Assembly: GCA_951406725.2 (NCBI GenBank)
Contig: OX597839.1
Coordinates: forward strand, 22,320,001 to 22,384,000
Reading direction: 5' to 3'
Length of the DNA stretch: 64,000 bases
From: Octopus vulgaris
Taxonomy: Eukaryota
Of the stretch, positions 13,207 through 25,822 are shown piece by piece (position 1 is the stretch's first letter; each line of letters starts with the position of its first letter). Position numbers and translations under genes: made by a program. Below the pieces are notes generated by a model. It worked only from the letters and a program-made list of their open reading frames with translations. It made no database searches and was not told where the DNA came from.

Positions 13207-13454
13207 TATTTTCTTTTTTTTTTTTTTGCTATGTATAAAGAAAATATTGTTAAACTGTGGTCAACGGTATGAGCGCCTACTAAGGCAGGAAACAGGTAGA
13301 ATGGCAAAAAAATGCTTCGAAAAAGATGCTTAACAGAATTTCTTCCAACATTATGTTCAGAGTTCAAATTCTGCTGAGGTTGACTTTTGCCTTTCATCCT
13401 TTCATGGTCCTTAAAATAAGTACCAGTTGAGCATAGGGGTTGATGTAGCCCAAC

Positions 13455-13620
13455 CCTTAAATCTGCTGGCTTTGTGGATAAGAGTCTGACTTCACAAGTT
13501 CAGTTCCAACACGTGGCAGATTGCACAAAGCTTTGTAAGTGAGAATTGATAAACAGTAACTGTATAGAGACCAGCGGGAGGAACAGGTGCTGTTTGGAGG
13601 TGGTGGGGTTAATCCATCCC
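13455..13620 (+). mobile_element. SINE-like family F, head related to family A; inverted copy at ~15495-15657
   Basis: Two ~165-bp copies in opposite orientation sharing AAAGC.TTGT.AG..GAATTG.TAAACA.TAACTG with family A. Confidence 0.6.
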
Positions 13621-13982
13621 CCGTTTTGACATCACAAATTCTCTTTAGCAGACATTTAAGCCAGGTGTTTGTTTTCAAAGTAACTTGCTCCCTTCCACCC
13701 AGCACATACAAAGGAGGCAACAGTCATGGGCTCTGCTCCTCCTTCTCTGGCCCTGATTGTTCATCTAATAAAGAGTTACATCATCAGTCGCAGGGTTTTT
13801 GCCTTAAATTTGACAGTTTGCATAAAGGGAAAAGGAAAACAAAATATTCCAAGAATTAAAAGTATTTCAACCCTTTAGCATTTCAACTGGCCCCAAACAC
13901 TCTCCCTGTTTTATGTTCAAACTAGTCAAATCTGGCCTCTCACACCTACCATACAATGCCATTCTAAAAATAAACAATTGCC

Positions 13983-14391
13983 GCAGGAGTGGCTGTGTGA
14001 TAAGTAGCTTGCTAACCAACCACATGGTTCCGGGTTCAGTCCCACTGCGTGGCATCTTGGGCAAGTGTCTTCTGCTATAGCCCCAGGCCGACCAATGCCT
14101 TGTGAGTGGATTTGGTAGACGGAAACTGAAAGAAGCCTGTCGTATATATGTATATATATGTATATATGTGTATGTGTGTGTGTTTGTGTGGGTGTGTTTG
14201 TCCCCCTAGCATTGCTTGACAACCGATGCTGGTGTGTTTATGTCCCCGTCACTTAGCGGTTCGGCAAAAAGAGACCGATAGACTAAGTACTGGGCTTACA
14301 AAAAGAATAAGTCCCGGGGCCGAGTTGCTCGATTAAAGGCGGTGCTCCAGCATGGCTGCAGTCAAATGACTGAAACAAGTAAAAGAGTAAA
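13983..14391 (+). mobile_element. SINE family A, adjoining a piggyBac-type MITE fragment (13868-13980)
   Basis: Family match. Confidence 0.9.
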
Positions 14392-14434
14392 GTTCTTATT
14401 CAGCTGTTTGTATAATGCTTGTTGAGTTTGTAGT

Positions 14435-14640
14435 TTAACCCTTTCAGCATCTAATCCTTATTTATTCATATTGTTTTGGATTAATTATGCATTATCTCAT
14501 AGCTTTGAGATTTCAATAATGGGATTGTTTATCTTTAGAATGACATTGTAGGGTATGTGTGAAGGGTTAGATCAGGCCACTTTGAACATAAAACAGACTA
14601 TTTTGGCCATAGATGGCTGGTTTAACTGCTAAAAAGTTAA
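14435..14640. mobile_element. piggyBac-type MITE, same family as 52666-52885; partial copy at ~14850-15027
   Basis: TTAACCCTTT..AGCA / TGCTAAAAAGTTAA ends; internal similarity to 52666-52885. Confidence 0.7.
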
Positions 14641-15779
14641 TCAAAATAGGGATTCTACAGGGCAAACCTTGTGAAGTGGAATGGCCCTTTTGGCTCATCT
14701 CCATTGCCCTTTTCCAGGCAAACACCCCTGCTATTATCAGCTGAAACTCCAAAACATTTTCATCATTCATTGCGATATCTTTCTCAGTAAACAAGACACT
14801 TTGTCGCTTTAGCAATCAGTCAACTCCTCTAACGAAAGTAATGCTTTCTCAATCAAATTGTTTCTAATTAATCATCTCGTAGCTTTGAGATTTCAATGAT
14901 GGGATTGTTTAGTTTTACTAGAATGACATTATAGGATAAGTGTAAGAGGCCAGATGTGTCCAGGTTGAACAAAAAATGGGTGGAATATTTGGGACCAGAA
15001 ATAGCTGGTTTAAGTGCTAACGGGTGAATATCTTGAAGCTACAAAAAAAATTAGCAATAAATTTAAAACTGCCAATAAATAAGCATCACATTTGATAATC
15101 TGAATGAGAAAAGGGTTAAAAGCTGAAAAAAATATCAACTTAATTATGGCAGGGATTCACCACCCTCTGCTTCCACTACAGCCTCAAGAAGGCTCCAGAA
15201 CCTGGCACAGTATACTCTTTACTCTTTTACTCTTTTATTTGTTTCAGTCATTTGACTGCGGCCATGCTGGAGCACCGCCTTTAGTCGAGCTAATCGACCC
15301 CGGGACTTATTCTTAAACACAGACAGGCTATAGCTGCGCCTATACCTCGCTGTATCCCTGGGAAGATCTTCAAGCACCTCTTTGATCTTGGCCTTTGGGT
15401 TGCAGGCAGAGCAGTTGGTGTTTTTCTTGACTGTGTTCCCCACACAGCAATCGATGGGATTACAATCAGGGGAATGAGGAAGGCAGAAATTAGGGCAGGA
15501 TTAACCCCACCACCCACAAACAGCACCTGTCCTTCCTGTTGGTCTCTATACAGTTATTGTTTACCAATTCTTGCTCACAAGGCTTTGTGTAATCTGCCAC
15601 AGGTTAGAATTGAACTTGTGAAGTCAGGCTCTTATCCACAATGTCAGCAGATTTAATTCTATGGCAACCACTTCTCTTTCCAGTGGCATGGCAAGGAGCC
15701 AAATCCTGCTGCCACCCACATATGGCCTTCCAGCAGCAACCCTCTCTGGCCAGGGTTTCACCACAGTCCCCCAAGCAGC

Positions 15780-16035
15780 CTCATCTCCTGTGACTATTCT
15801 CTCTAGAAAAGCTTCATCTTCATCATTGTAGCAGTTGAGTAAGTGTTGACAGATCTCCTGGCAACCATTTTGCACAAACTTTACGGAAGCAAAGCTTGTC
15901 ATGGATGATTCGACATGCAGAACGATAACCAATTTGCAGAGAACATTCCACCTCATCAATGGACACTTGTTGATTCACTGGAATCATCTCTCGAGTTTGT
16001 TGAATTTTCACATAGGTGGTAGGGTTTGATGGGTA
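15780..16035 (-). pseudogene. mariner transposase fragment
   Basis: IIHDKLCFRKVCAKWLP (WVP motif region) and FLERIVTGDE (first catalytic D) in shifted frames. Confidence 0.85.
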
Positions 16036-16251
16036 AAAAACACACACACACACACACACACACATATGACAGGCTTCTTTCAGTTTCTGTCTAACAAATC
16101 CACTCACAAAGCTTTGGTTGACCTGAGGCTACAGTAGAAGACACTTGCCCAAGGTACCATGCAGTGGGAATGAACCTGGAACCATGTGGTTAGTAGGCAA
16201 CCTACTTACCACGCAGCCACTCCTGCGCCTATGTATGTATATACATGTATG

Positions 16252-16627
16252 TGGAGGTGCAATGGCTCAGTCGTTATGGCAGCGGACTTGCAGTCGTAGC
16301 ATCATGGTTTCGATTCCCAGGCTGGGCGTTGTGAGTGTTTATTGAGTGAAAACACCTAAAGCTCCTTGAGTCACCGGCAGAGGGTGGTCGTGAGCCCTGC
16401 TGTACTCTTTCACCACAACTTTCTCTCATTCTTTCTTCCTGTTTCTGTTGTACCTGTATTTCAAAGGGCCGGCCTTGTCACACACTGTGTCATGCTGAAT
16501 CTCCCCGAGAACTACATTAAGTGTACACATGTCTGTGGAGTGCTCAGCCACTTGCATGTTAATTTCACGGATCATGTTGATTGGATCAACTGGAACCCTT
16601 ATAGTCGTAACCGATGGAGTGCCACGA
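16252..16627 (+). mobile_element. SINE family C variant
   Basis: tRNA-like head (TGGCTCAGTCG, GGTTTCGATTCCC); 3' half shared with 20031-20357. Confidence 0.8.
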
Positions 16628-16879
16628 TATATATAAATATATATATGCAAATGCATATATATTTTATCAACCGATGCTAGCATGGACAGAAGACATTATA
16701 TGAATGATGAAGATATATATTTATATATATATATATATATATATTATATATGTAGGTATATATTTGAGTCGGGGTTAACCACATTAAATAAGGATAATAC
16801 ATGGAAAGATAAATTAATACCTTTTATAGCAAAGGACATCAGGATAGAACTGTTTCATTAAAAAAAAAAACTCATTTTT

Positions 16880-16915
<36 letters not shown>

Positions 16916-17021
16916 TTCTATAAAATAAATATATATATTTATATATATATATCATTAATATATGCATATATATGTATGCAAATATATATTATATATGTAT
17001 CATATTTACATGCATACATAC

Positions 17022-17068
<47 letters not shown>

Positions 17069-18133
17069 TGCACACATATATACATAATCATGCACATACA
17101 TAATTACATGTTTCAGTATATATATTCATACATTCAAACACACCCAGCTTCTTAACACGCAGCATTTCCCCCCTCCCCTTCGCCCTCCCTCACTCCGTCA
17201 TCCTGCTGGGGTCGTCATCGTCGTTTGAGCACTGGCTTCATAGTTTGTCCAGTTATTACAGTCGTAATGATACGATGCATTTTTTAAGAATAATCGCACT
17301 TGATTACAGGTGGTCGATGAATGTCTGAGCACCTGTACGCAGCTAATCCTTTGATTATCTCCATTTTCCCCCCGTCCAACATAAATCTTGGGGAAGAAGT
17401 CTCTTTGAAATGTCACCAACGCTAAATTCTCTGAGTGATGTGAAAGGAGCGCAAAGAAATAATGAAAAGCAAAAAAAGAAACAAGAATTCTTATTAAGTT
17501 GCTGCCATTTCTTCTTCCTTCAGTCACAACTCTATTATGTTTTTCTTCTTTTCAAGTAAAATACATGGAAATTAGTCTTGAGAGGTAAAAACACAATACC
17601 AGGGTAGATTTCTTACGCTGGTCAAATTTTAAATGCAGATTTCCGAACGGTAAAGAATTAATCTAAAGTAACCTATTCCAAAGAAGATCAGTTCCATGGC
17701 TATAATTTCCAGCCTTGGAAATATTTTGTCTTCTTAGAACTGGAAATGGTTTCTTACAGAGTTCTAAGAAAATACAAGAAAGTGTGTATTTGATAGACAT
17801 AAAAATATTACATTTTTATGGATAAAAGTATTTTCTCCTGATATAAATTTATGGCCGTTTCATCAGTTATCAGAATTGTAAATAGTTGATGTTCACAGCA
17901 GTAAATTGCAGGACACAGAACCAAGCGAATTTAACCCTTTCCTCTCCCCAAATCCCTTTTCCTTACTCTGTCACTTTATCCCCGATCTCTCTCATGCACA
18001 AGAAGTGTGTCCTTTTCATCTGTTCTGCTGAATATCATGTAAACCTAACGATAAAAACTGTGCTTAAACTAGTGTTAGCTTTTAGCTTTTTAATTCTCCT
18101 TGCATTAAGTTTACTAACCGAGAATAATTATGT

Positions 18134-18520
18134 CATCATCATCATCATCATCATCATCATTTAGCGTCCGTTTTCCATGCTAGCATGGGTTGGACGGTTT
18201 AACTGGGGTCTGTGAAGCGGGAAGGCTTCATCAGGCCCAGTCAGATTTGGCAGTGTTTCTACGGCTGGATGCCCTTCCTAACGCCAACCACTCCGTGAGT
18301 GTAGTGGGTGCTTTTTACGTGCCACCTGCACAGGTGCCAGACAGAGCTGGCAAACGGCCATGAACGGATGGTGCTTTTACGTGCTACCGGCACGGGGGCC
18401 AGGCAAGGCTGGCAACGGCCACGAACGGATGGTGCTTTTACGTGCTACCGGCACGGGGGCCAGGCGAGGCTGGCAACGGACACGAACGGATGGTGCTTTT
18501 ACGTGCTACCGGCACAGGGC
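18134..18520 (-). mobile_element. Repeat family D ((GAT)n tail, internal ~59-bp tandem units)
   Basis: (CAT)n-CGTCCG..TTCCATGCTAGCATGGGTTGGACGG..GGATGCCCTTCCTAACGCC; other copies near 3550, 19720, 21520, 29428, 30885, 44920, 47600 and 60860. Confidence 0.85.
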
Positions 18521-18845
18521 AAAAGTAATTGAGGTGGGGAAGCATCTTCAGCCAATGGCTGGCATTCTTTTCATTTTGTTTCATGAAACACAGAAGACAG
18601 TCAATTGATGAACTGAGCAAAGGAGAAACGGTCCTAAATGGATCGAACTAACAAACTCTGCTCGAACATACTAGACTCGATAACAACTTAGGAGTCTATA
18701 ATTCTGTTAAGTGCAGAAATATAGATTTTGGTCAAGTCTCTAGCTAAGAAACTGGCATTGGCTGGTGGTAGGGTTGATAAATTCACACAACATTGTGTGT
18801 TTTTCTGATGTTCTAATCACTCCAAGACGACATGTGACAATACCA

Positions 18846-19651
18846 TGGCTTAGAATTAGATATTTACATATTTTTGTAGTGAGAGGCAGGAAATCTCACA
18901 TTCATAGCAGGTAAGTGTTTCTTTTTGACCTGTGGTCAAGCAGTGACCAAGAAACCTATTCTCTCAGTAACTGCTAAAACATCTACACTGATTAGCATTC
19001 CCATTCATCTGTCTTTAGTGGTTCCCTAATCAATTGGGACCAGTCATAAATATTCAACAGGCTTTTCTATGGGTACCTGACAGCCATGTTAAGGGTTACC
19101 AGTTTCTCATGTATTTGGGAGTTGAATCACTTTATAAATCAAATTAGGGGCCAAAGTAAATGGTTAATGACTAAAACCATGGAATTATGCTTTCAGTTCC
19201 GTAAAGGGGTGTCCCCCTAAATGCTTTTGGCTTTAGAGCCCTTAACATGGAAGTTCTATGCAGTGGGGGTGTTCAGGCTGGAACCTTGCTTCAGATAATT
19301 GGTATCTGTGCTGTTTATTGGACATGTAGCAGGACTTAGAATTGAAACCACATCAGCTCAGTAACAAGAAATAGACCATAATAATATCAAGTGACGTTCC
19401 CTGAATTGTGACCAATAGTATTTCAGTTACAAGCATATTTATCAGTGGATGCTTCCATGAGTTTTCCATCAAAATATGGTCGAAAAATATAGAAGTTTGG
19501 GATAATCAGTGTAGATGTTTTAGCAGTTACTGAGAGAATAGGTTTCTTGGTCACTGCTTGATCACAGGTCAAAAAGAAACGTTTATCTGCAATGAATGTG
19601 AGATTTCCTGCCTCTTACTACACAACTATGTTGTTATCTAATTCTAAGCCA
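18846..19651. mobile_element. Non-autonomous DNA transposon-like element with ~150-bp terminal inverted repeats
   Basis: 18846-18994 is the near reverse complement of 19503-19651; no internal ORF. Confidence 0.7.
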
Positions 19652-20030
19652 AACACGACATCCATACATGACTCTCCAGTGGTAATCAATGATTGTAGTG
19701 TTCATATATAAATAAATGGTTGTCATCATCTCATCGTCATCATCATCCTCATCATCATGATAACGACCATCATCATCATCATCATCTTCATTTAACGTCC
19801 ATTTTCCATGCTGGCATGGGTTAGACAGTTTGACAGGGGTTGACTTAGGTAGAAGACTGCACCAAGCTTCCCTGTCTGTTTTGGCAGGGTTTTTACGGCT
19901 GGATGCCCTTCCTAACACCAAAATCAGAAATCTTAATTTGGACTTGGTTTTAATGTGGGAAGCGGCACTGAGCCAAATTTGGCAAAACTAATTAAACAAA
20001 AGATATCCATAACCCAACTAATCAAATTAC

Positions 20031-20357
20031 GTGAGGGCGCGTGGCTTAGTGGTTAGGGCATTCGGCTCATGATCGTAAGGTTGTGAGTTCGATTCCCGGC
20101 GACGCGTTGTGTCCTTGAGCAAGACACTTTATTTCACGTTGCTCCAGTCCACTCAGCTGGCAAAAATGAGTTGTACTTGTATTTCAAAGGGTCAGCCTTG
20201 TCACTCTCTGTGTCACGCTGATTATCCCCGAGAACTACGTTAAGGGTACACGTGTCTGTGGAATGCTCAGCCATTTGCACGTTAATTTCACGAGCAAGCT
20301 GTTCCGTTGATCGGATCAGCTGGGACCCTCGTCGTCGTAACCGGCGGAGTCTTTAAG
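20031..20357 (+). mobile_element. SINE family C (tRNA head, CORE-like domain), full length with TSD
   Basis: A box TGGCTTAGTGG, B box GTTCGATTCCC, TTGTGTCCTTGAGCAAGACAC; 11-bp TSD AATCAAATTAC at 20020 and 20358. Confidence 0.9.
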
Positions 20358-20469
20358 AATCAAATTACAGAGATCGCACTCAGAGGGGATCTGCAAGAAA
20401 ACTGAAGGAATATGGGTTGATAAAAGGGGCAAGGGTTCTTGTAGCTTGGCATTTGATGATGTAAGACTG

Positions 20470-20795
20470 GAACTCAGTTGGTTCTGATGACAGCAATTCT
20501 GGTTGATCCGATCAACAGAAACAACCTGTTCATGATGTTAATGTGCAAATGGTTGAGTACCCCACAGATACGGGTACTCTTGATGTAGTGCTCAGGGAGA
20601 TTCTGACTGATACAGAATGGGAGAAAGCTGATCCCTTTGAAATTACAGGTACAACTCATATTTGCCAGCTGAGTGGACTGAGGCAATGTGAAATCAAGTA
20701 TCTTGCTCAGGGACACAACGCAACACTTGGAATTGAACTCGTGACTGTACAATCACAACCCAAATATTCTAACCACTAAGCCATGTGGCTTCACT
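20470..20795 (-). mobile_element. SINE family C, older copy
   Basis: Reverse complement of 20031-20357. Confidence 0.85.
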
Positions 20796-21292
20796 GAGGT
20801 AAGATCATATTTGTAAGAAAGGGGCTTGGAATCCTTCATGTAAAGATGCCCACCACTATATTAACTCAAAGAGAGAAACCCTATCCTTTTGATTTAATAC
20901 TGACAACGAGAGGGGCTGAATCAAATAGTGTATTGATTTGAAGAAAGGGCCAGACATAGGTACCCCTAAGTGATAGATGGTTGTAAAAAAAGATGCTAGT
21001 GTTTTGTTGACTGTTGATGGATCACAGCCCCAAGAATTTAGGGTTCTTTACAGCATGGCACATGAGGAATTTCAGGAGCAGACAGGTGTATGCACCATCA
21101 AGACTGTTGATATTATTATTTGTTCTGAGTTCAAATTCTGCCAAGGTCGACTTTACCTTTCATCATTTTGGGTGGGGTCGATAAAATAAATACCAATTGA
21201 GCACTGGGTTTGATGTAATCTCTGAGCCCCATCCATTTAAATTCTAGGCCTTGTGCCTAGAATAGAAAGGATTATTATTATTATTATTATTA

Positions 21293-21332
<40 letters not shown>

Positions 21333-21929
21333 GTCCGCCTGTCGTGTTTGTCTGTCTGTCTGTGGACAAGATACCTTAAGAACAGCTGGATGGATTTGGA
21401 TGAAACTTTCAGGGATGTTTGGCCCTGTGACTGACACAAACTGATAGATGGTACTGGACAAGGATTCTGAATTATTTTTCCTGTTTTTTGACTTAATTTT
21501 TGAGAGTGGTTGGGTTCATGATGATGATGATCATCATCGTTTAACGTCTGCTTTCCATGCTGGCATGGGTTGGACGGTTCAACTGGGGTCTGGGAAGCCA
21601 GAAGGCTGCACCAGGCCCAGTCTGATCTGGCAGTGTTTCTACAGCTGGATGCCCTTCCTAATGCCAACCACTCTGTGAGTGTAGTGGGTGCTTTTTACAT
21701 GCCACCGGCACAGGTGCCAGACGAGGCTGGCAAACGGCCACGATTGGATGGTGCTTTTTACGTGCCACCGGCACGGGGACCAGACGAAGTTGGCAACAGC
21801 CACGGTCGGATGGTGCTTTTTACGTGCCAGGTATTCTCATTTGTGACAGCAATATCTGAGTTTATTTCAGATATTTTCATTCTAAAAATCATCTCTGGCT
21901 AATTGTTGAGAGGATGGACGTTGGTATGG

Positions 21930-22610
21930 CCTTATTATTATTGAGGCTGTGAGCTGGCAGAGTCTTTGGCATGCCAGGCAAAATACTTAATGGTATTTTA
22001 CTCATCGGTGAGCTAGCAGAATTGTTAGCACGTTGGGCGAAATGCTTAGCGGTATTTCGGCTGCTGTTACGTTGTGAGTTCAAATTCCGCCGAGGTCGAC
22101 TTTGCCTTTCATCCTTTCGGGGTCGATAAATTAAGTACCACGATGTAATCGACTTAATACCTATGTCTGTCCATGTTTGTCTCCTCTTTGTTTAGCCCCT
22201 TGTGGGTAATAAAGAAATAGGTATTTTACTCATCTTTACACTCTGAGTTCAAATTCTGCTGAGGTCTCTTTGCCTTTCATCCTTTTGGTGTCGATAAATT
22301 AAGTACCAGTTACATACTGGGTTCAATCTAATCAACAGACCTTGTGCCTATAGTAAATTTCAGACCTTGTGCCTATAGTAGAAAGGATTATTATTAAGGT
22401 GGTGCGCTGGCAGAATCATTAGTACACTGGACGGAATGCTTAGTTGTATTTCACTCTTCCCTGTGTTCTGAATTCAAATTCTGCCGAGGTCCACTTTCAT
22501 CCTTTTGGAGTTGATAAAGTATCAGTTGTGTATTGGGGTTGATGTAATCAACTAGTCCCATCCCCCAAAATTGCTTTCCTTGTGGAAAAATTTGAAACCA
22601 TTATTATTAT
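21930..22610 (+). mobile_element. Head-to-tail chain of SINE B copies with a nested young copy (22007-22219)
   Basis: Repeated heads after (TTA)n tails; 15-bp TSD GGTATTTTACTCATC at 21992 and 22220. Confidence 0.85.
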
Positions 22611-22885
22611 TAGTGTTATGCCTAGGGTGCCATATATTTGGTTTTGTACTTAGTGTTGTACTAGTGAATGCCTAAAAAAACCATAAGAAAATTATGTTTG
22701 TTTTAAAACTTGAGATTACAAACAAAGTATTTTGCGTAGGATATGAGCAGTTCCCAAGAGCACTATCTTTTGAATTTCTGCCATTTTGGGGTTTCCTGGT
22801 ATCTGAGTTAGGTAGCAATCAGCCCCTTTTGCTATCATTCCCAGGGCACCTATGACAACAGGTATTGTTTTAGTCTTCAGGTTCC

Positions 22886-22927
<42 letters not shown>

Positions 22928-23117
22928 TATGTTTGACTTTTGCTTTATATTTGTACAAGTTGGCTCCAAGTCTCACCCAGAGACCTCAAGAGACAACAGG
23001 TTGGGAGTTCATGTTGTTGTTATGCCTAGTGTGCCATATATTTGGTTTTGTATTTAGTGTTGTACTAGTGAATGTCTAGAAAAAAAAATTTTTTTTAAAT
23101 ATGTTTGTTTTAAAACT
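22610..23117 (-). mobile_element. Two short 3' fragments of an R4/Dong-like retrotransposon subfamily
   Basis: NLKTKTIPVVIGALGMI...IQKIVLLGTAHILRKIL C-terminus (22716-22886) plus a second 3' UTR copy (22926-23117), each bounded by (TAA)n. Confidence 0.85.
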
Positions 23118-23133
23118 TATTATTATTATTATT

Positions 23134-25252
23134 GTCATTTACTTTTAATCTGCATGTTTGATGCAATCACTTGCCGGGGCACACCCAGCGCCCTAGGGCA
23201 AGTGAAGGTTAAGAGTTGTTGAAATATAGCTAAAAGCTTGGGGAGGGGAAGTAGAGAAATATCTCCATGTAATACAACACAAACATTTACATTGATAGGG
23301 TTTTTCTAAGGATGTGGGCAGTACTTGTTAGCACAATCTTTTGGATTTCCTTGAGACATGGTTCTCCAGGGATATTGTCTAGGTGTTTCTGACATCCCTT
23401 TTTTATCATACCTAGGGCACCTACAATAACAGGAACAGTTTTTGTTTTAAGATTCCACATCTTTTGTATTTCGATTTCCAGGTCCTTATATTTACTAAGT
23501 TTGTCAAATTCCTTTACAGATATATTTTTATCAGTGGGGATGCTTACCTCTATTAGTCTGCAGGTATTTTCTTCCCTGTCTTTAACAATTATGTCTGGTC
23601 GATTAGCCTTGATTGTTCTGGCAGTGTTGACTGGAAAATCCCAGAGGATAGTGACATTTTTACCTTCAACAACTGGCTGAGGATGATGTTCATACCAGTT
23701 AGCAGGAGTGCCGAATTTGTAGTGTTTACATATCTTCCAATGTATATACTGTCCTACCCTATTGTGGCGATTTTTGTATTCGTTTGGTGTCAGCACAGGA
23801 CATCTGGAAACGAGATGGATAATTGTTTCGTCAAATGTGTCAGTACCGTTTCGGAGAACGTTAGCCTGGTAATTTCTGGTAAATAAGCTTTGATCTTGTG
23901 CTGCCAGTATAAAGCCTTCAGTCTCTACTTTCAATCCTGAACTCTTCAGCCACTGATGGGTTGTTGCTTGGTAGCAGTGGTTTCCGGCTCTTCATCTGAT
24001 TCAAGGTTAATGTCTAGTTCCCTTTCGAACTTATAAGCTTCCTTGACAATAGAATGCAGCTTTTTGCTGCTTTCGTGTTCGCACACAAGTCGCAGCATCC
24101 AGTCCTTTGTCCTAGATAGGTACCTGTTCATTCCTACAGTGGAGGTCTTATAGCACAGCTCTAATTGCATCATTCCTCTCCCCCCACTGCTTCTAGGTAG
24201 GTACAGGCAGTCTACATCTGCCTTAGGGTGGTGCATGTTCTTGGATGTCAATAATTTTCTTGTCTTCCTGTCCAAGCGTTGGAGTTCCGTAGGGTTCTAG
24301 TTAATGATGTTAAAACTGTACTGGACTACTGGAAGTGCCAGGGTGTTAATGGCCTCAATGCAATTTTTGGAGTTGAGGTCAGTCTTCAATACAAGCCTTA
24401 TTTTCCTATAGTATTCCTTTCTTATTTTTTCCTTCATAGTAGCATGATGTATACCATCTCCTTTGCTGATTCCTAGGTATTTGTAACTTTCTTGTGGGTC
24501 AAGTTCCTTGATGGTAGTGTCAATATCTAATTTAACAGAAGCTGTTTGCCTGAGCTTGCCTCTTACAAAAGTTGCTTTAGCACACTTATCAAGGCCAAAA
24601 TCCATTCCGATATCATTGCTAAACTCTTTAACAGTCGTTAGCAGCCCTTCTAGCTCTTGGTCATTCCTGGCAAACAGCTTTAGGTCGTCCATATAGAAAA
24701 GGTGGTTTATTGACTTACTAAAAACTTTGTACCCATATCTGGTACTATCCAATTCGTTTGAGAGTGGGATCAGTGCCATGCAAAAAAGTAATGGAGAGAG
24801 GGAGTCACCTTGAAAGATGCCTCGTTTGATGTTGATGCTGTTGGACTGGCTCATCCCATTACTATGGCTTAGCAAGAGACGTGTGTTCCACATGGTCATG
24901 CTATTCTCTAAGAATTTTGAGACGACAGGAGAGATCTTGTATATCTCAAGGGCCTTGAGTATCCATTTATGTGGGACACTGTCAAATGCTTTCCTGTAGT
25001 CTATCCATGCCATACTCAGGTTTTTGTTTTTGCTCCGGCAATTCTCTACAATCATTCTGTTTATGAGCAATTGGTCTTTGCACCCATAAGAGTTTCTTTT
25101 ACAACCTTTTTGAGCTTGTGGAAGGATAGAGTTTTGTTCAAGGAAAGCGTACATTCTCTCCGTTATTATGGATGTGAGGATTTCGTAGGTGGTGTTGAGA
25201 CATGTTATTGGCCGGTAATTCTTTGGGTTTTTTGTGTCTTCGGTTTTAGGTA

Positions 25253-25253
<1 letters not shown>
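23134..25253 (-). mobile_element. 5'-truncated R2-superfamily (R4/Dong-like) non-LTR retrotransposon; RT plus restriction-like endonuclease, frameshifted
   Basis: RT motifs YRPITCL, AWIDYRKAFDSVPH, GIFQGDSLSPLLF, HLFYMDDLKL; RHN, PDIIVKD, KLSKY RLE motifs; both ends embedded in (TAA)n. Confidence 0.93.
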
Positions 25254-25288
<35 letters not shown>

Positions 25289-25307
25289 CATTATTATTAT
25301 TATTATT

Positions 25308-25723
25308 AAGGTGGTAAGTTGGCAGAATTGTTAACAAAATGCTTACTGGCATTTCACCCATCCTTATGTTCTGAGTTCAAATTCTGCCAAGATCGACTTT
25401 GCTTTTCATCATTTCAAGGTCGACAAAATAAGTACCAGTTGAATACTGGGGTCGATGTAATCAACTCGTCCTCACCTCCTTTGAAATTACCAACCTTTTA
25501 TTATTATCAAGAAGGCTGTGAGCTGCTGGAATTGTTATCACACCATGCAAAATGCTTAGTGGCATTTATTCCATCTTTACATGCTGGGTTCAAATACTAC
25601 TGAAATCGACTTTGCCCTTCATCCTCTTTTGGGGGTCAATAAAATAATCGAACTCCTTCCCCAAAACTGCTGGCCTTGTACCAAAATTTGAAATCATCAT
25701 CATTATTATTATTATCATTATTA

Positions 25724-25769
<46 letters not shown>

Positions 25770-25783
25770 AATTATTATTATTA

Positions 25784-25820
<37 letters not shown>
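25308..25820 (+). mobile_element. Two tandem SINE B copies with (TTA)n tails
   Basis: Family match. Confidence 0.8.

Positions 25821-25822
<2 letters not shown>

Noticed and set aside
20031-20105. tRNA gene
   Set aside because: A and B boxes are present but there is no clean acceptor stem or terminator; it continues into a SINE body bounded by a TSD.
24297-25361. Intact 354-aa reverse transcriptase gene
   Set aside because: The N-terminus is read through SINE B and (TAA)n; the element is 5'-truncated and frameshifted.
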